Source: an uncultured bacterium (GTDB lineage: Bacteria > Omnitrophota > Gorgyraeia > Kaelpiales > Kaelpiaceae). Taken from it: a stretch of DNA of 59,996 nt. The notes beneath the pieces are model-generated. The model was given only the letters and a program-made list of their open reading frames with translations. It did not search any database and had not been told where the DNA came from. Both the position numbers and the translations under genes were made by a program. Shown here piece by piece: positions 1 to 9,502 of this stretch; within the stretch, counting starts at the first letter, position 1; the number at the start of each line of letters is the position of its first letter. The stretch is from positions 1-59,996 of the forward strand of contig CBEUCN010000002.1 of NCBI GenBank assembly GCA_965541635.1, written 5' to 3'.

Positions 1-1011
1 AATAAAACGAAGGTTAACCCGGAGGGAATTTCTCTTTCCCAATTTCAGGCACCTCCTCCTGCAGAAGACACCAATAGAGGAATTTCTTCAACTCAGGTGG
101 CAATAGTAGATACCCCTGCTAAGTCTGTTTCTCCTTCTCAATCGTCTCCGGGAAGGATACAAAGTGTAAATGAACCATCTACAATAACTCACCCCCGATC
201 TCTTGAAATTGTTCCTACATCTGTAAGAGTCTTTTCAGAAAATCACCTTAATGGCAATAGTCACTCTCCAAAGTGTGTAGAAAGGACTTCTGTAACTCTC
301 TCTGTTACTCCTGTAAGAGTTCAGACACCTGTTCTAACCACTTCTGACAGTATAAACCCAGTGGTTAACTCTACTATCCCTGTTTCCGAGGAGAGGCATC
401 GAATTCCTATTGATGTGGTTACTTTAAAAAATCGGAGATTACAGCAAGCTAATAATGTAAAAGATGTTATTACTAGGGTTACAGATTCTTTGCAGGCTCT
501 TCCTCCTGGAGAAATAAGAGAAATGGTGGTGAATTCTTTAGTAGCACAATGGGTTGCTGCCATAGGGAAGAGGAGAGAAGGAGAAATTTCTTGTGAACAA
601 AGAGAAGAAAGGTTTGATATGAGGCAAGACTTTTCCATAATTAATCTGAAAGAGATTTACTATACCACCAGAATGTCCAATAAGTTAGTTGATTACGCAG
701 AAATATTCATAAATCTGAAATCTGCTGGATCATTCAGAAAAGGATTGCCAATATCTTCACCTTATGTCTGGAACTTCTATACCCCCAGAGATGTTGTCAA
801 GGAATTGTTGAAAAAGCTCCGTCGCAGTGAATCTATCACTGATACAAAAATTAAACTTGTAATTCCTGATGCTCGAAGTTTTATGAATCGGGTATTTATT
901 TTGTTGTTTGCTGTTTTAATCTTCTGTGTAACTCTGGGATATGTTTTGGGTAGAAGTTATGTAGTATTGAAGAGAAGTCCTTTATCATATCAGGTTCAAG
1001 AATCTCTATAG
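1..1011 (+). CDS. Hypothetical tail-anchored membrane protein, 5' end cut by window edge
   Basis: Frame 1 has no stop from nt 1 up to the GTG at 97 used by the ORF track, so the protein probably starts upstream of the window. The N-part is S/T/P/V-rich. There is a single C-terminal hydrophobic helix (VFILLFAVLIFCVTLGYVLG). No family recognised. Confidence 0.55.
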   Translation, partial: NKTKVNPEGISLSQFQAPPPAEDTNRGISSTQVAIVDTPAKSVSPSQSSPGRIQSVNEPSTITHPRSLEIVPTSVRVFSENHLNGNSHSPKCVERTSVTLSVTPVRVQTPVLTTSDSINPVVNSTIPVSEERHRIPIDVVTLKNRRLQQANNVKDVITRVTDSLQALPPGEIREMVVNSLVAQWVAAIGKRREGEISCEQREERFDMRQDFSIINLKEIYYTTRMSNKLVDYAEIFINLKSAGSFRKGLPISSPYVWNFYTPRDVVKELLKKLRRSESITDTKIKLVIPDARSFMNRVFILLFAVLIFCVTLGYVLGRSYVVLKRSPLSYQVQESL

Positions 1012-1050
1012 AAGTAATTTAATCTTTATTTCCTATCCTGCGACATTAAC

Positions 1051-1080
1051 TTGACAGCGGATATGTAAAGGATTTATAAT
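1051..1080 (+). promoter_or_regulatory. Candidate sigma70-type promoter for rpsU
   Basis: TTGACA (1051-1056), 18-nt spacer, TATAAT (1075-1080), 33 nt upstream of the rpsU ATG. Confidence 0.55.
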
Positions 1081-1113
1081 CGGAAGAAAACTACGGAAAG
1101 GATGTGATATTTA

Positions 1114-1284
1114 ATGGCTAAAGTGGAAGTAAGACCGGGTGAGAGCCTTGATCAAGCTCTGAGGAGATTTAAGAGAAAGATCGAGCAAGAGGGCTTGATG
1201 AAGGAGATAAGGGCGATAAAGCATTATGAGAAGCCCAGTGAGATAAGGCGAAGAAAACTTCTGAAAAAGAAGAGAAGGAAATAA
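1114..1284 (+). CDS. rpsU: 30S ribosomal protein S21
   Basis: 56-aa ORF below the track size cutoff: MAKVEVRPGESLDQALRRFKRKIEQEGLMKEIRAIKHYEKPSEIRRRKLLKKKRRK. It shows the typical S21 pattern (ALRRFKRK, YEKPSE, basic tail). A purine-rich SD-like GGAAAGGA lies upstream. Confidence 0.9.
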   Translation: MAKVEVRPGESLDQALRRFKRKIEQEGLMKEIRAIKHYEKPSEIRRRKLLKKKRRK

Positions 1285-1289
1285 AATAA

Positions 1290-1329
1290 GTGGAGAATAA
1301 AATTAAGTTCTCCACCAGGTGGTGGAGAA
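1290..1329 (+). promoter_or_regulatory. Mutually exclusive hairpins downstream of rpsU (terminator or attenuator-like element)
   Basis: Three segments: GTGGAGAA (1290-1297), TTCTCCACC (1308-1316), GGTGGAGAA (1321-1329). The middle segment is complementary to both flanks. A T-rich tract at 1342-1353 follows. Confidence 0.4.
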
Positions 1330-1391
1330 TAAGTTGTTGTCTGTTTTTGTTTCTATCTCCTGTTAAAGTCCAAAAAATACAGAGGTGGTCT

Positions 1392-3869
1392 ATGCACAGA
1401 ATGGAAGATTTTTATAAGAGAGTTATTTCTCAAAAATTGAGTAATGGGTTGAATGTGGTTTTCAAACATTATCCTGGAGATATTGTAGGAATAGCAATTT
1501 TTATAAAAGTAGGAAGTGGAGACGAGGGAAAGTATTTAGGTTCAGGTATTGCTCATTTAACTGAACATCTTACATTTGAAGGCCGGAAGGAACTGGAAGA
1601 GAGATTAAGACAGCTAGGTGCTAATTCCAATGCCTATACCACATTTGACCATACTCTCTACTTTTTGGAGGTTCCCAAACAGAACTGGAAGCAGGCACTG
1701 GAAATTTTTGTCTCAGCATTATTTAATCCTCAAGTTCCTCAGGAAGTATTTGAACGGGAAAGAGAAGTGGTATTGAAAGAAGAGAAATTTCGCGACGATG
1801 ACCCTAGTTCTTTAGTTTTTAAACTAGGGTTTGAAAATTCCTATATCAGCCATCCTTATAAACAACCAGTTATTGGACATTCTTATCTTATAAAAAAGTT
1901 AACTCTTCAGGATTTTGAAAATTTTCATTCTCAGTATTATACCCCTAATAATTGTGTAATATCCATTGTGGGAGATCTGGAGTTCAGCAAGGTGTATAAG
2001 GAGATAGCAGAAATCACTGCAAAATTGAAACCGGGTTTCATTTTCAAAAATCCTTACCCTTATGAGGAGAGGAATTTTCCTGTTTTTTATAGCCAGGAAT
2101 ATCCCGGAAAACTGGTATATGTATTTATCTCCTTCCCTGGTATTTCTGTTTTTGATGACGATTTGCAGGCACTGGATATGTTATGCGATTATCTTTCTCA
2201 GGGTAAGGATTCCCCCTTATACCAGAGATTTGTAAAAACTGGTTTATGTTACACAATATCATGCACTAACTATACTCCTTTTCTTCAAGGTCAGGTTGTA
2301 TTTTTTGCAGTTATGGAGACTAAAAATTATTCCAAGTTCAAAGAAGAGTTTAAAAAATTTCTGATTAATTTTAAAACTAAAAGTTTAAACACCCATCGTA
2401 TCCAGCGTCTCAAGATGCGATTAATGTATGAGATGCTTAAATCTCAGGAAGGGGTGTTAAGAATTGCTCAAAATCTTGCTCGCGATCAGGGAATAACTTC
2501 TGATTTTAGATTCCCACTTTTTTATCTTAAAAAATTTTTAGAATTGAAATCTTCTGATATTAAAAAAGTAGCCATTCGCTATTTGAATCCTGAAATTGCC
2601 TGTTGGGTAGAACTTGTTCCTGAAAAGGAGAAAAAGACTGCTTTATCACCAGCCTCTTTGGAACTTGATTTTGATACCCTCACATTAGATAACGGTTTGC
2701 GGTTGATACTCTGTAATCGAAGATTGACTGGAGTTGTGTCTATAATAGCAGTGTTTGAAGGTGGGGTGAGATTTGAAAATAATAAAAACAACGGAATATC
2801 TCAAATATTGGTGAAGTCACTTATTACCCCAGACATTCAGCGGGAATTTGAACAGCTGGGTGGGAAAATTAGTCCTATCAGTGGTAACAACACCATGGGT
2901 TTTGAAGTTGAGGTTGTAGGTAGAAATCTAAAGCCAGCTTTAAATTTATTGGCAAATTTACTAATAAATCCTGAGTTTAATTTTCAGGAGTTTGAAGTTC
3001 AGAAGAATGTTCAACTCGGGAAACTTCACGATCTAGAAATTGACCTTTTTTATCAGGCATCTAAACTTTTACGAGCAAATCTATTTGGTGAACATCCCTA
3101 TCATAATACTGTTGAAGGTAGTCCTCAGAGTATAAATAACTTAAGAATAAATGACATTAGAGATTTTGTTGGTAGGTATTTTGTGCCTAATAATTGTGTG
3201 ATCTCTATTGTGGGGGAATTTGACGCTTCTAAGTTAAGTAAGGATATTAAAAAATTATTTGAGAACTGGAAGAAAAAAAAGTTGGATGTCTCTATTTCTG
3301 AAGCCAATCCACCTTCCGAGGTAATATTTAGAGAAAAGAAAATACCTCAGAGAGAGGTGGTTTTGGAAGTTGGTTTTATTATTCCGGGATTAAATACTCC
3401 AGATAGATATACTGCCGATGTGGTTCAGACTTTAGTTTCTGGTCAGGGCTCTTTATTTTTCAATAAAATTCGCAGAGCAATAGGAGCTGCTTATACTCTG
3501 GGAGGAGGTGTAATTATTGGGCCTGAGTGTGGAGCTTTGGTTTTCTATGTCGCCACTACTCCTGAAAATAAACACCAGGTGCGAGAGAAAGTGGTAGAGA
3601 TAATAAATCAGTTACGAACTGGCGATATCCAGGATGAGGAAATTGCTGATGCCAAGAAACTTCTTATTACCAGATATAATAAAGAACTTATTGAGAACAT
3701 TTCTTATGGTTTCCATCTTGCCCTGGAAGAACTTTTGGGTAAGGGGGCTCAAAACTATCATGAATATCCTTCCAGAATAAAAAAAATAACCAGAGAACAA
3801 TTGCTGGATTTCGTTAACAAATATCTAGATCCATCAAGATGTGTGATGGTGGAGGTGGGTAATATTTGA
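1392..3869 (+). CDS. M16 (pitrilysin/insulinase) family zinc peptidase, two M16 units fused in one chain
   Basis: HxxEH zinc motif in GIAHLTEHLTFEG. The second half repeats the M16 fold without HxxEH. The ATG at 1392 follows GAGGTGG and is preferred over the track GTG at 1290, which lies inside the hairpin element. Confidence 0.85.
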   Translation: MHRMEDFYKRVISQKLSNGLNVVFKHYPGDIVGIAIFIKVGSGDEGKYLGSGIAHLTEHLTFEGRKELEERLRQLGANSNAYTTFDHTLYFLEVPKQNWKQALEIFVSALFNPQVPQEVFEREREVVLKEEKFRDDDPSSLVFKLGFENSYISHPYKQPVIGHSYLIKKLTLQDFENFHSQYYTPNNCVISIVGDLEFSKVYKEIAEITAKLKPGFIFKNPYPYEERNFPVFYSQEYPGKLVYVFISFPGISVFDDDLQALDMLCDYLSQGKDSPLYQRFVKTGLCYTISCTNYTPFLQGQVVFFAVMETKNYSKFKEEFKKFLINFKTKSLNTHRIQRLKMRLMYEMLKSQEGVLRIAQNLARDQGITSDFRFPLFYLKKFLELKSSDIKKVAIRYLNPEIACWVELVPEKEKKTALSPASLELDFDTLTLDNGLRLILCNRRLTGVVSIIAVFEGGVRFENNKNNGISQILVKSLITPDIQREFEQLGGKISPISGNNTMGFEVEVVGRNLKPALNLLANLLINPEFNFQEFEVQKNVQLGKLHDLEIDLFYQASKLLRANLFGEHPYHNTVEGSPQSINNLRINDIRDFVGRYFVPNNCVISIVGEFDASKLSKDIKKLFENWKKKKLDVSISEANPPSEVIFREKKIPQREVVLEVGFIIPGLNTPDRYTADVVQTLVSGQGSLFFNKIRRAIGAAYTLGGGVIIGPECGALVFYVATTPENKHQVREKVVEIINQLRTGDIQDEEIADAKKLLITRYNKELIENISYGFHLALEELLGKGAQNYHEYPSRIKKITREQLLDFVNKYLDPSRCVMVEVGNI

Positions 3870-4801
3870 ACGTTAATCTTGCAGTTTCAACAGCCTGGGC
3901 AGAAGATAAGACAAATATTTCTCAGATTTTGGAAGGGATTTACCAAGCAGGTTACCATCAGATGGAGTTAAGTTTTCATTTTAAAGCTCATCAAATTCAG
4001 GAAATTAAATCTTTACTTCCTAGGTATTCCTTGCAGGTGATAACAGTTCATAATTTCTGTCCATTTCCCATATTGGATTTCCCTTATTTTCCAAATCCCG
4101 ATTACTTCTCTCTGAGTTCTCCTGATGAAGATGAACGAAAACTTGCTGTCCGGTATACCTTAGGTACTCTGGAAACTGCATATGAGTTATCTGCTAAGGT
4201 TGTAATTCTCCATGCTGGAAAGGTGGATATTGAGGATGAGACTTTGAAATTGTGGAAGCAGAGGGCTCGTGATTTTCAGAAATTTGAAACCACTCTTAAT
4301 AGGTTTATGGGTATCAGGAATCAAAAAGCAAAAAGGTTTATAGATTCTCTTAAGTTTTCTATTGAGGAATTATTGAAATGGGCTCAAAAACTAAATGTAA
4401 TAATTGCTCTGGAATCTAGATATTATCTTAATGAAATCCCTGAACTGGAAGAACAAGAGGATGTATTAACCACTTTTGATACTCCTTTTTTAAGATACTG
4501 GCATGATATTGGACATGTGAATGTTCGGGAAAAACTTGGACTTTATACCCAGTCGGAAGTTTTAACCCGATTGGATAAATATATAGCTGGCTTTCATATT
4601 CATGACGCTCAGGGGATAGATGATCACAAACTCCCTGGAGAAGGAGAAATAGATTTTTCTTTTTTGGAAAGGTATAAAGATAAAATTCATGTATTAGAGG
4701 TTCATCCTCCGGTCACACCTTGTAATCTTACTACTGCAGGAGAATTCATGAATGAGATTTTTTATGGTGGTAAACTTCCAGAAATGGATGTAAAATCATA
4801 A
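3866..4801 (+). CDS. Sugar phosphate isomerase/epimerase (xylose isomerase-like TIM barrel) family protein
   Basis: Family-like segments VVILHAG, IALESRYY, YWHDIGH and FHIHDAQG. TTG start overlaps the upstream stop by 4 nt. Confidence 0.65.
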   Translation: MNVNLAVSTAWAEDKTNISQILEGIYQAGYHQMELSFHFKAHQIQEIKSLLPRYSLQVITVHNFCPFPILDFPYFPNPDYFSLSSPDEDERKLAVRYTLGTLETAYELSAKVVILHAGKVDIEDETLKLWKQRARDFQKFETTLNRFMGIRNQKAKRFIDSLKFSIEELLKWAQKLNVIIALESRYYLNEIPELEEQEDVLTTFDTPFLRYWHDIGHVNVREKLGLYTQSEVLTRLDKYIAGFHIHDAQGIDDHKLPGEGEIDFSFLERYKDKIHVLEVHPPVTPCNLTTAGEFMNEIFYGGKLPEMDVKS

Positions 4802-4806
4802 TCACT

Positions 4807-5106
4807 ATGAATAAAGAAAATTCTGAAAATAACTGGGAAGTGAATTTTGTTAACTTCATAAATGGGCTGGGATTGGAATGTTTGGTTGCTTTAGGTAAAT
4901 TGGAGAATCCCATTACCAAAAAGAAAGAAACAGACCTTCGCCAGGCAAGGTATGTTATTGATACTCTTGATATGTTGCGAGAGAAAACCAAAGGTAATCT
5001 TGCAGAAGATGAACACAAACTTTTAGATGAAATGGTGGTTTATCTGAAAATGCTTTTTGTGGAAGCAAGACAGGAAGAGAAAAAATCTCAAGATGATCGA
5101 TCCTGA
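4807..5106 (+). CDS. DUF1844 domain protein
   Basis: FVNFINGLGLECLVALGKLENP...DLRQARYVIDTLDMLREKTKGNLAEDEHKLLDEM matches the remembered DUF1844 pattern. Confidence 0.7.
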   Translation: MNKENSENNWEVNFVNFINGLGLECLVALGKLENPITKKKETDLRQARYVIDTLDMLREKTKGNLAEDEHKLLDEMVVYLKMLFVEARQEEKKSQDDRS

Positions 5107-5269
5107 ACTTTTAGAAATACTTGCCTGCCCTAAATGTAAAGGAGATTTAGAACTTCTTCCTGATAAGGGGTTATACTGTTGTAGGTGTAAACTTCTCTAT
5201 CCCATTAAAGATGGTATTCCTATTATGTTGATAGAGGAATCTAAGTACTATGAAAAGTCCTCGGGCTAA
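5093..5269 (+). CDS. Trm112/UPF0434 family small zinc-ribbon-like protein
   Basis: MIDPELLEILACPKCKGDLE...CCRCKLLYPIKDGIPIMLIEE. The internal ATG at 5093 gives the typical ~58-aa length; the track start at 5057 adds an atypical basic extension. Confidence 0.8.
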   Translation: MIDPELLEILACPKCKGDLELLPDKGLYCCRCKLLYPIKDGIPIMLIEESKYYEKSSG

Positions 5270-5708
5270 GGTTCTGGTAATAAATGGTCCCAATCTTGCC
5301 CTTCTGGGGAAAAGACAGCCAGAGATATATGGTAGATATACTCTGGAAGATATCTGTAATCAGATGATTGCAGTGGCAGAAAAGGAGAATATCCAACTTG
5401 ACTTCTTTCAATCTGATTCAGAAGGAGAAATAGTAACCAGAATTGGACAGGCTAAAGATAATTATGATTTTATTATAATCAATCCTGCTGGTTATACTCA
5501 CACCAGTGTAGCCATTCGTGATGCTATTGAGGCGGTTAATATACCCTGTATAGAAGTGCATCTTTCCAATATTTACAAACGAGAAGAATTTCGTCACCGT
5601 TCTCTAATCGCTGGTGTATGTTTGGGGCAGATAGCGGGGTTTGGAAAGGATAGTTACATACTGGCAGTAATGGCAATTTCCAGAATGTTGAAATCTGCTG
5701 AGAGTTAA
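5250..5708 (+). CDS. aroQ: Type II 3-dehydroquinate dehydratase
   Basis: VLVINGPNLALLGKRQPEIYG, IINPAGYTHTSVAIRDA and EVHLSNIYKREEFR motifs. Confidence 0.95.
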   Translation: MKSPRAKVLVINGPNLALLGKRQPEIYGRYTLEDICNQMIAVAEKENIQLDFFQSDSEGEIVTRIGQAKDNYDFIIINPAGYTHTSVAIRDAIEAVNIPCIEVHLSNIYKREEFRHRSLIAGVCLGQIAGFGKDSYILAVMAISRMLKSAES

Positions 5709-6742
5709 TGCCTCTTAATATTTCTAGATTAGAAAAACTCCAAACACTTTTAGTTGCCTCTAAAATTGATATTTATATAATCTGTAATCCTCTGGATTTA
5801 AGATACTTCTTGGATCAGGAGATTGAGGGAGTGCTTATTGTCATTCAGAATAAATCTCATGTATACCTTATAACTGATGGTCGCTATCAGCAGTTATTAC
5901 AATCAGAGAATAAAAGAATAAAGATTATTATGGCTCGTAAAGGATATGTTAACGAGCTTAAAAAACTCCTTACAAGATACAGGGGGAGAAAAAAAATAGG
6001 ACTGGAAGGGACTACAAATCTCGAGACTTATTTGAAATTAAAAAATGAATTCCACAATTTGTCTTCAAATTTTTTAGTCAGGGAATTAAGAAAGATTAAA
6101 GACAGTGAGGAGATTACCAGAATAAAGAAAGCAATAGAAATAACTAAAGAAGCAATCTCTACCCTAAGAAATAAACTCCGCAACAGAGAAGAGAAGGAAA
6201 TTAAGGCTTATTTAGAGTTTCAAATGCAATCTCTGGGTGCCGATGGTAGCGCATTTGTTCCCATTGTTGCCAGTGGAGTAAACTCCGCTTACCCTCATGC
6301 TTTTCCTACTGAAAAGAAAATTTCCAGATTTTTACTATTAGATTGTGGAGCCAAATATCGGGGATACTGCGCTGACTTGACACGAATGTTCTTTTGGGAT
6401 AAAATCCCAAAGGTAATTAAACGGGCTTACGATGTTATAACAGAAGCAAAACAGTTAGGTCTGTCTCTAATTAAGGAGGGTGAAATTATAAGTAGGTTAG
6501 TCACCAAGGTGGAAAATTATATGAAGAAAAAGGGATTTAATGAAAATATTTGTCATGGTCTCGGGCATGGGGTGGGTCTTGAAATTCATGAACCCCCATT
6601 TGTAAACAGATATAACCAGGAGCCATTAAAATCAGGCATGGTTATTACGATAGAGCCCGGATTATATTTCCCCGGAGTGGGAGGAGTAAGATGTGAGGAT
6701 GTAATTTTGGTTGAAAAAAATAAAGGAGTTATTCTGGAATGA
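5708..6742 (+). CDS. M24B family Xaa-Pro aminopeptidase/dipeptidase
   Basis: Creatinase-like N-domain plus HGLGHGVGLEIHEPP, ITIEPGLY and CEDVILV metal-ligand motifs. The aroQ-pepP-efp order is conserved. Confidence 0.85.
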   Translation: MPLNISRLEKLQTLLVASKIDIYIICNPLDLRYFLDQEIEGVLIVIQNKSHVYLITDGRYQQLLQSENKRIKIIMARKGYVNELKKLLTRYRGRKKIGLEGTTNLETYLKLKNEFHNLSSNFLVRELRKIKDSEEITRIKKAIEITKEAISTLRNKLRNREEKEIKAYLEFQMQSLGADGSAFVPIVASGVNSAYPHAFPTEKKISRFLLLDCGAKYRGYCADLTRMFFWDKIPKVIKRAYDVITEAKQLGLSLIKEGEIISRLVTKVENYMKKKGFNENICHGLGHGVGLEIHEPPFVNRYNQEPLKSGMVITIEPGLYFPGVGGVRCEDVILVEKNKGVILE

Positions 6743-7296
6743 TTCCTGTAAATCAGATTAAAATTGGAATGGTGATAAAACTGGATTCCCGCCTTTATGC
6801 TGTGTTAGGATTTTCTCATACCAAGCCAGGTAAAGGAGGGGCTTTTCTAAGATTGAAACTTAAGGATGTTGTCACTGGCCAGGTAATTGAAAAAACAATT
6901 TCTACTGATGATAAGGTAGAAAATGTTTACATGGAGGAACGGAGTTTGGTTTATCTTTACAATGATGGTCAGTTTTTACATTTTATGGATGAAGAAAGTT
7001 ATGAAGAAATTGAAATTCCTAGAGAGGAACTTGAGGATATATTCTTCTATCTTAAGGAGAATACGACTGTAACTGCTTCATTTCATGATGGGAAAATTGT
7101 TACTGTCTCTCCTCCCAATTCTGTAATTCTGGAGGTGGTAGAAACCGAGCCTGGTTTTAAAGGTGACACAGTTAAAGCCGGAACCAAACCTGCCAAATTG
7201 GAGACAGGACTTGTGGTAGAAGTACCGCTGTTTATAAAGATTGGAGATAAGGTCAAAATTGATACCAGAACAGGTCAATATTTAGAGAGGGTATGA
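6739..7296 (+). CDS. efp: Elongation factor P
   Basis: 185 aa with HTKPGKGGAFLRLKLKD loop and GDTVKAGTKPAKLETG, typical EF-P. Confidence 0.95.
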   Translation: MIPVNQIKIGMVIKLDSRLYAVLGFSHTKPGKGGAFLRLKLKDVVTGQVIEKTISTDDKVENVYMEERSLVYLYNDGQFLHFMDEESYEEIEIPREELEDIFFYLKENTTVTASFHDGKIVTVSPPNSVILEVVETEPGFKGDTVKAGTKPAKLETGLVVEVPLFIKIGDKVKIDTRTGQYLERV

Positions 7297-7733
7297 ACAT
7301 GGATTTAGAAAAAATCAAACAACTCATTCAATTGATGAATGACGAGAATCTGGTGGAAGTAGAAATTGAGGAGGAAGGTAAAAGAATCAAACTCCGTAAA
7401 AAAGAGGAACAAGGTGAGAAAGTTATCTCATTTTCTCCCCAGATTCCCACTCCTCAACCATCTTCACCTCAGCCTTCGACTCAGGAACAGGGTATTGCCT
7501 ATATCAAGTCTCCCATGGTGGGGACTTTTTACCGCGCACCTGCTCCTGACGCTCCTCCATTTGTGGAGGTGGGAGATGAGATAAATGTTGGACAGACAGT
7601 ATGTATAATAGAGGCGATGAAGTTGATGAATGAGATTAAGTCTGAAATCAAGGGAAAAATTCTGGAAGTCCTAGTGGAGAACGGTTCACCAGTAGATTAC
7701 GGAGACAATCTATTTAAAGTTAAAGTTTCCTAA
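7293..7733 (+). CDS. accB: Acetyl-CoA carboxylase biotin carboxyl carrier protein
   Basis: P/S/Q-rich linker followed by a biotinyl domain with IEAMKLMNEI. Confidence 0.93.
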   Translation: MNMDLEKIKQLIQLMNDENLVEVEIEEEGKRIKLRKKEEQGEKVISFSPQIPTPQPSSPQPSTQEQGIAYIKSPMVGTFYRAPAPDAPPFVEVGDEINVGQTVCIIEAMKLMNEIKSEIKGKILEVLVENGSPVDYGDNLFKVKVS

Positions 7734-7738
7734 TTTCC

Positions 7739-9091
7739 ATGTTTGAAAAAATCCTTATCGCTAACCGAGGTGAAATTGCAGTAAGAGTTATTCGAGCCTG
7801 TAAAGAACTGGGGATAAAAACTGTAGCAGTATATTCTGAAGCTGACGATGATTGTCTTCATGTCGGTCTTGCAGATGAGGCGGTATGTATTGGTCCTGCT
7901 CCTTCTAAATCCAGTTATCTTAATATTCCAGCAATAATCAGTGCTGCTGAGATTACAGATGTGGAAGCAATACATCCCGGCTATGGGTTTCTGGCTGAAG
8001 ATTATCACTTTGCAGAGATATGTCAATCATGCAAAATAGAATTTATTGGTCCTAGTCCTGAAAGTATTAAGCTCATGGGAGATAAACTTCAGGCTAGAAA
8101 TATTGCTAGAAAGGCTGGAGTTCCGGTGATTCCGGGTAGTGATGGACCAGTTATGGATAGAGATCAGGCTCTAAAAGTTGCTGACGAGATTGGTTATCCA
8201 GTGGTGATAAAGGCAGTTGGAGGTGGAGGTGGCAAGGGTATGCGAATATGCCATAATGATGTTCGGTTAGTTTCAGCATTTATAACTGCTCAGAGAGAGG
8301 CCGAAGAGGCGTTTGGAAATAAACAGTTGTATATAGAAAAATTTATCCCCAACGCCCGCCATGTGGAAGTTCAGATTGTTAGTGATAAATATGGGAATGC
8401 AATTTATCTTGGTGAAAGAGATTGTACTGTCCAGCGGAGATTTCAAAAACTTATAGAGGAAAGTCCATCTCCGGTTATAAATCATAAACTGAGGAAAAAA
8501 TTGGGTGAAACCGCTCTTAAACTTGTCAAGGCTATTAATTATTATAGTTGTGGTACTGTGGAATTTATAGTGGATAATGAGGGAAAATTCTATTTTCTGG
8601 AGATGAATACCAGAATCCAGGTAGAACATCCTGTGACAGAGATTGTGACTGGTATTGATCTTGTTCAGGAACAGATAAGAATTGCGGGAGGAGAAAAATT
8701 GAGATATCGGCAGTCAGATGTGCACATAAATGGATGGGCAATGGAATGTAGAATAAATGCTGAAGACCCTGATAATGGATTTATACCTTTACCTGGCAGA
8801 GTTGATGCTTTATATCTTCCAGGAGGACCGGGTATAAGAGTTGATACTCATCTTTACTCCGGATATTCCATCCCCCCTTATTATGATTCTCTGGTCGCAA
8901 AATTAATTGCCTATGGTAAAAATAGAAATGAGGTTATATCCCGAATGAGAAGGGCATTGGAGGAATTTATTCTTGACCCTCTTAAAACTACAATTCCATT
9001 TTTGAAAAGAGTGATAACTGATGAACGTTTTCAGACTGGTGATTATTATACTGATTTTGTAGACAGACTGTTGGGAAAAGAAGAAAAATAG
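7739..9091 (+). CDS. accC: Acetyl-CoA carboxylase biotin carboxylase subunit
   Basis: KILIANRGEIAVRVIRAC, GGGGKGMRI and EMNTRIQVEHPVTE. Confidence 0.97.
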   Translation: MFEKILIANRGEIAVRVIRACKELGIKTVAVYSEADDDCLHVGLADEAVCIGPAPSKSSYLNIPAIISAAEITDVEAIHPGYGFLAEDYHFAEICQSCKIEFIGPSPESIKLMGDKLQARNIARKAGVPVIPGSDGPVMDRDQALKVADEIGYPVVIKAVGGGGGKGMRICHNDVRLVSAFITAQREAEEAFGNKQLYIEKFIPNARHVEVQIVSDKYGNAIYLGERDCTVQRRFQKLIEESPSPVINHKLRKKLGETALKLVKAINYYSCGTVEFIVDNEGKFYFLEMNTRIQVEHPVTEIVTGIDLVQEQIRIAGGEKLRYRQSDVHINGWAMECRINAEDPDNGFIPLPGRVDALYLPGGPGIRVDTHLYSGYSIPPYYDSLVAKLIAYGKNRNEVISRMRRALEEFILDPLKTTIPFLKRVITDERFQTGDYYTDFVDRLLGKEEK

Positions 9092-9102
9092 GAGGAGAAG
9101 AA

Positions 9103-9501
9103 ATGATTGCAAATAAGAATGAACTGGGAGAAATGAAGATACATAATGAGGTGATAATAGCGATTGCTCGCAGAGCAACATTGGAAGTAGAGGGAGTGGA
9201 GAAGATAGCAAGTGGATTCAGAAAAGGATTACTATCGTTTGTTGGGAGGAGAAAGTTTTTTCGAGGAGTGGTTGTAGAGAAGGAAGGTGAACAGGAAGTA
9301 AAAATTATTATTTCCATAATAGTAAAGTTTGGAATAAGTATTCCTGAGGTGGTTAAAGCTGTGCAAGAGAATGTCAAGAGGAAGCTGGAAGAGATGACTG
9401 GTATCATTCCTGTGAAAGTTGATGTTGAGGTGGAAGGAATTTCACAGGAGGGAATAATTGAGGTTCTGGAGTCATTAAAAGAAAAATCCAGGGAGGAATA
9501 A
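9103..9501 (+). CDS. Asp23/Gls24 family envelope stress protein
   Basis: KIHNEVIIAIARRATLEVEGV and VKVDVEVEGI are typical of the Asp23 family. Confidence 0.8.
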   Translation: MIANKNELGEMKIHNEVIIAIARRATLEVEGVEKIASGFRKGLLSFVGRRKFFRGVVVEKEGEQEVKIIISIIVKFGISIPEVVKAVQENVKRKLEEMTGIIPVKVDVEVEGISQEGIIEVLESLKEKSREE

Positions 9502-9502
9502 A

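Noticed and set aside
321-638. Short minus-strand ORFs throughout the window (for example 321-638, 2579-2791, 10476-10874, 29075-29413, 35924-36262, 57504-57824)
   Set aside because: All are antisense to confidently assigned + strand genes and none shows a motif, an SD or a plausible composition.
7366-7584. Alternative-frame ORFs inside conserved genes (7366-7584 in accB; also 25720-25932 in the Lpt gene and 40285-40467 in rseP)
   Set aside because: They are nested in the same strand but a different frame of genes with strong family motifs. Their products have repetitive, low-information sequence.
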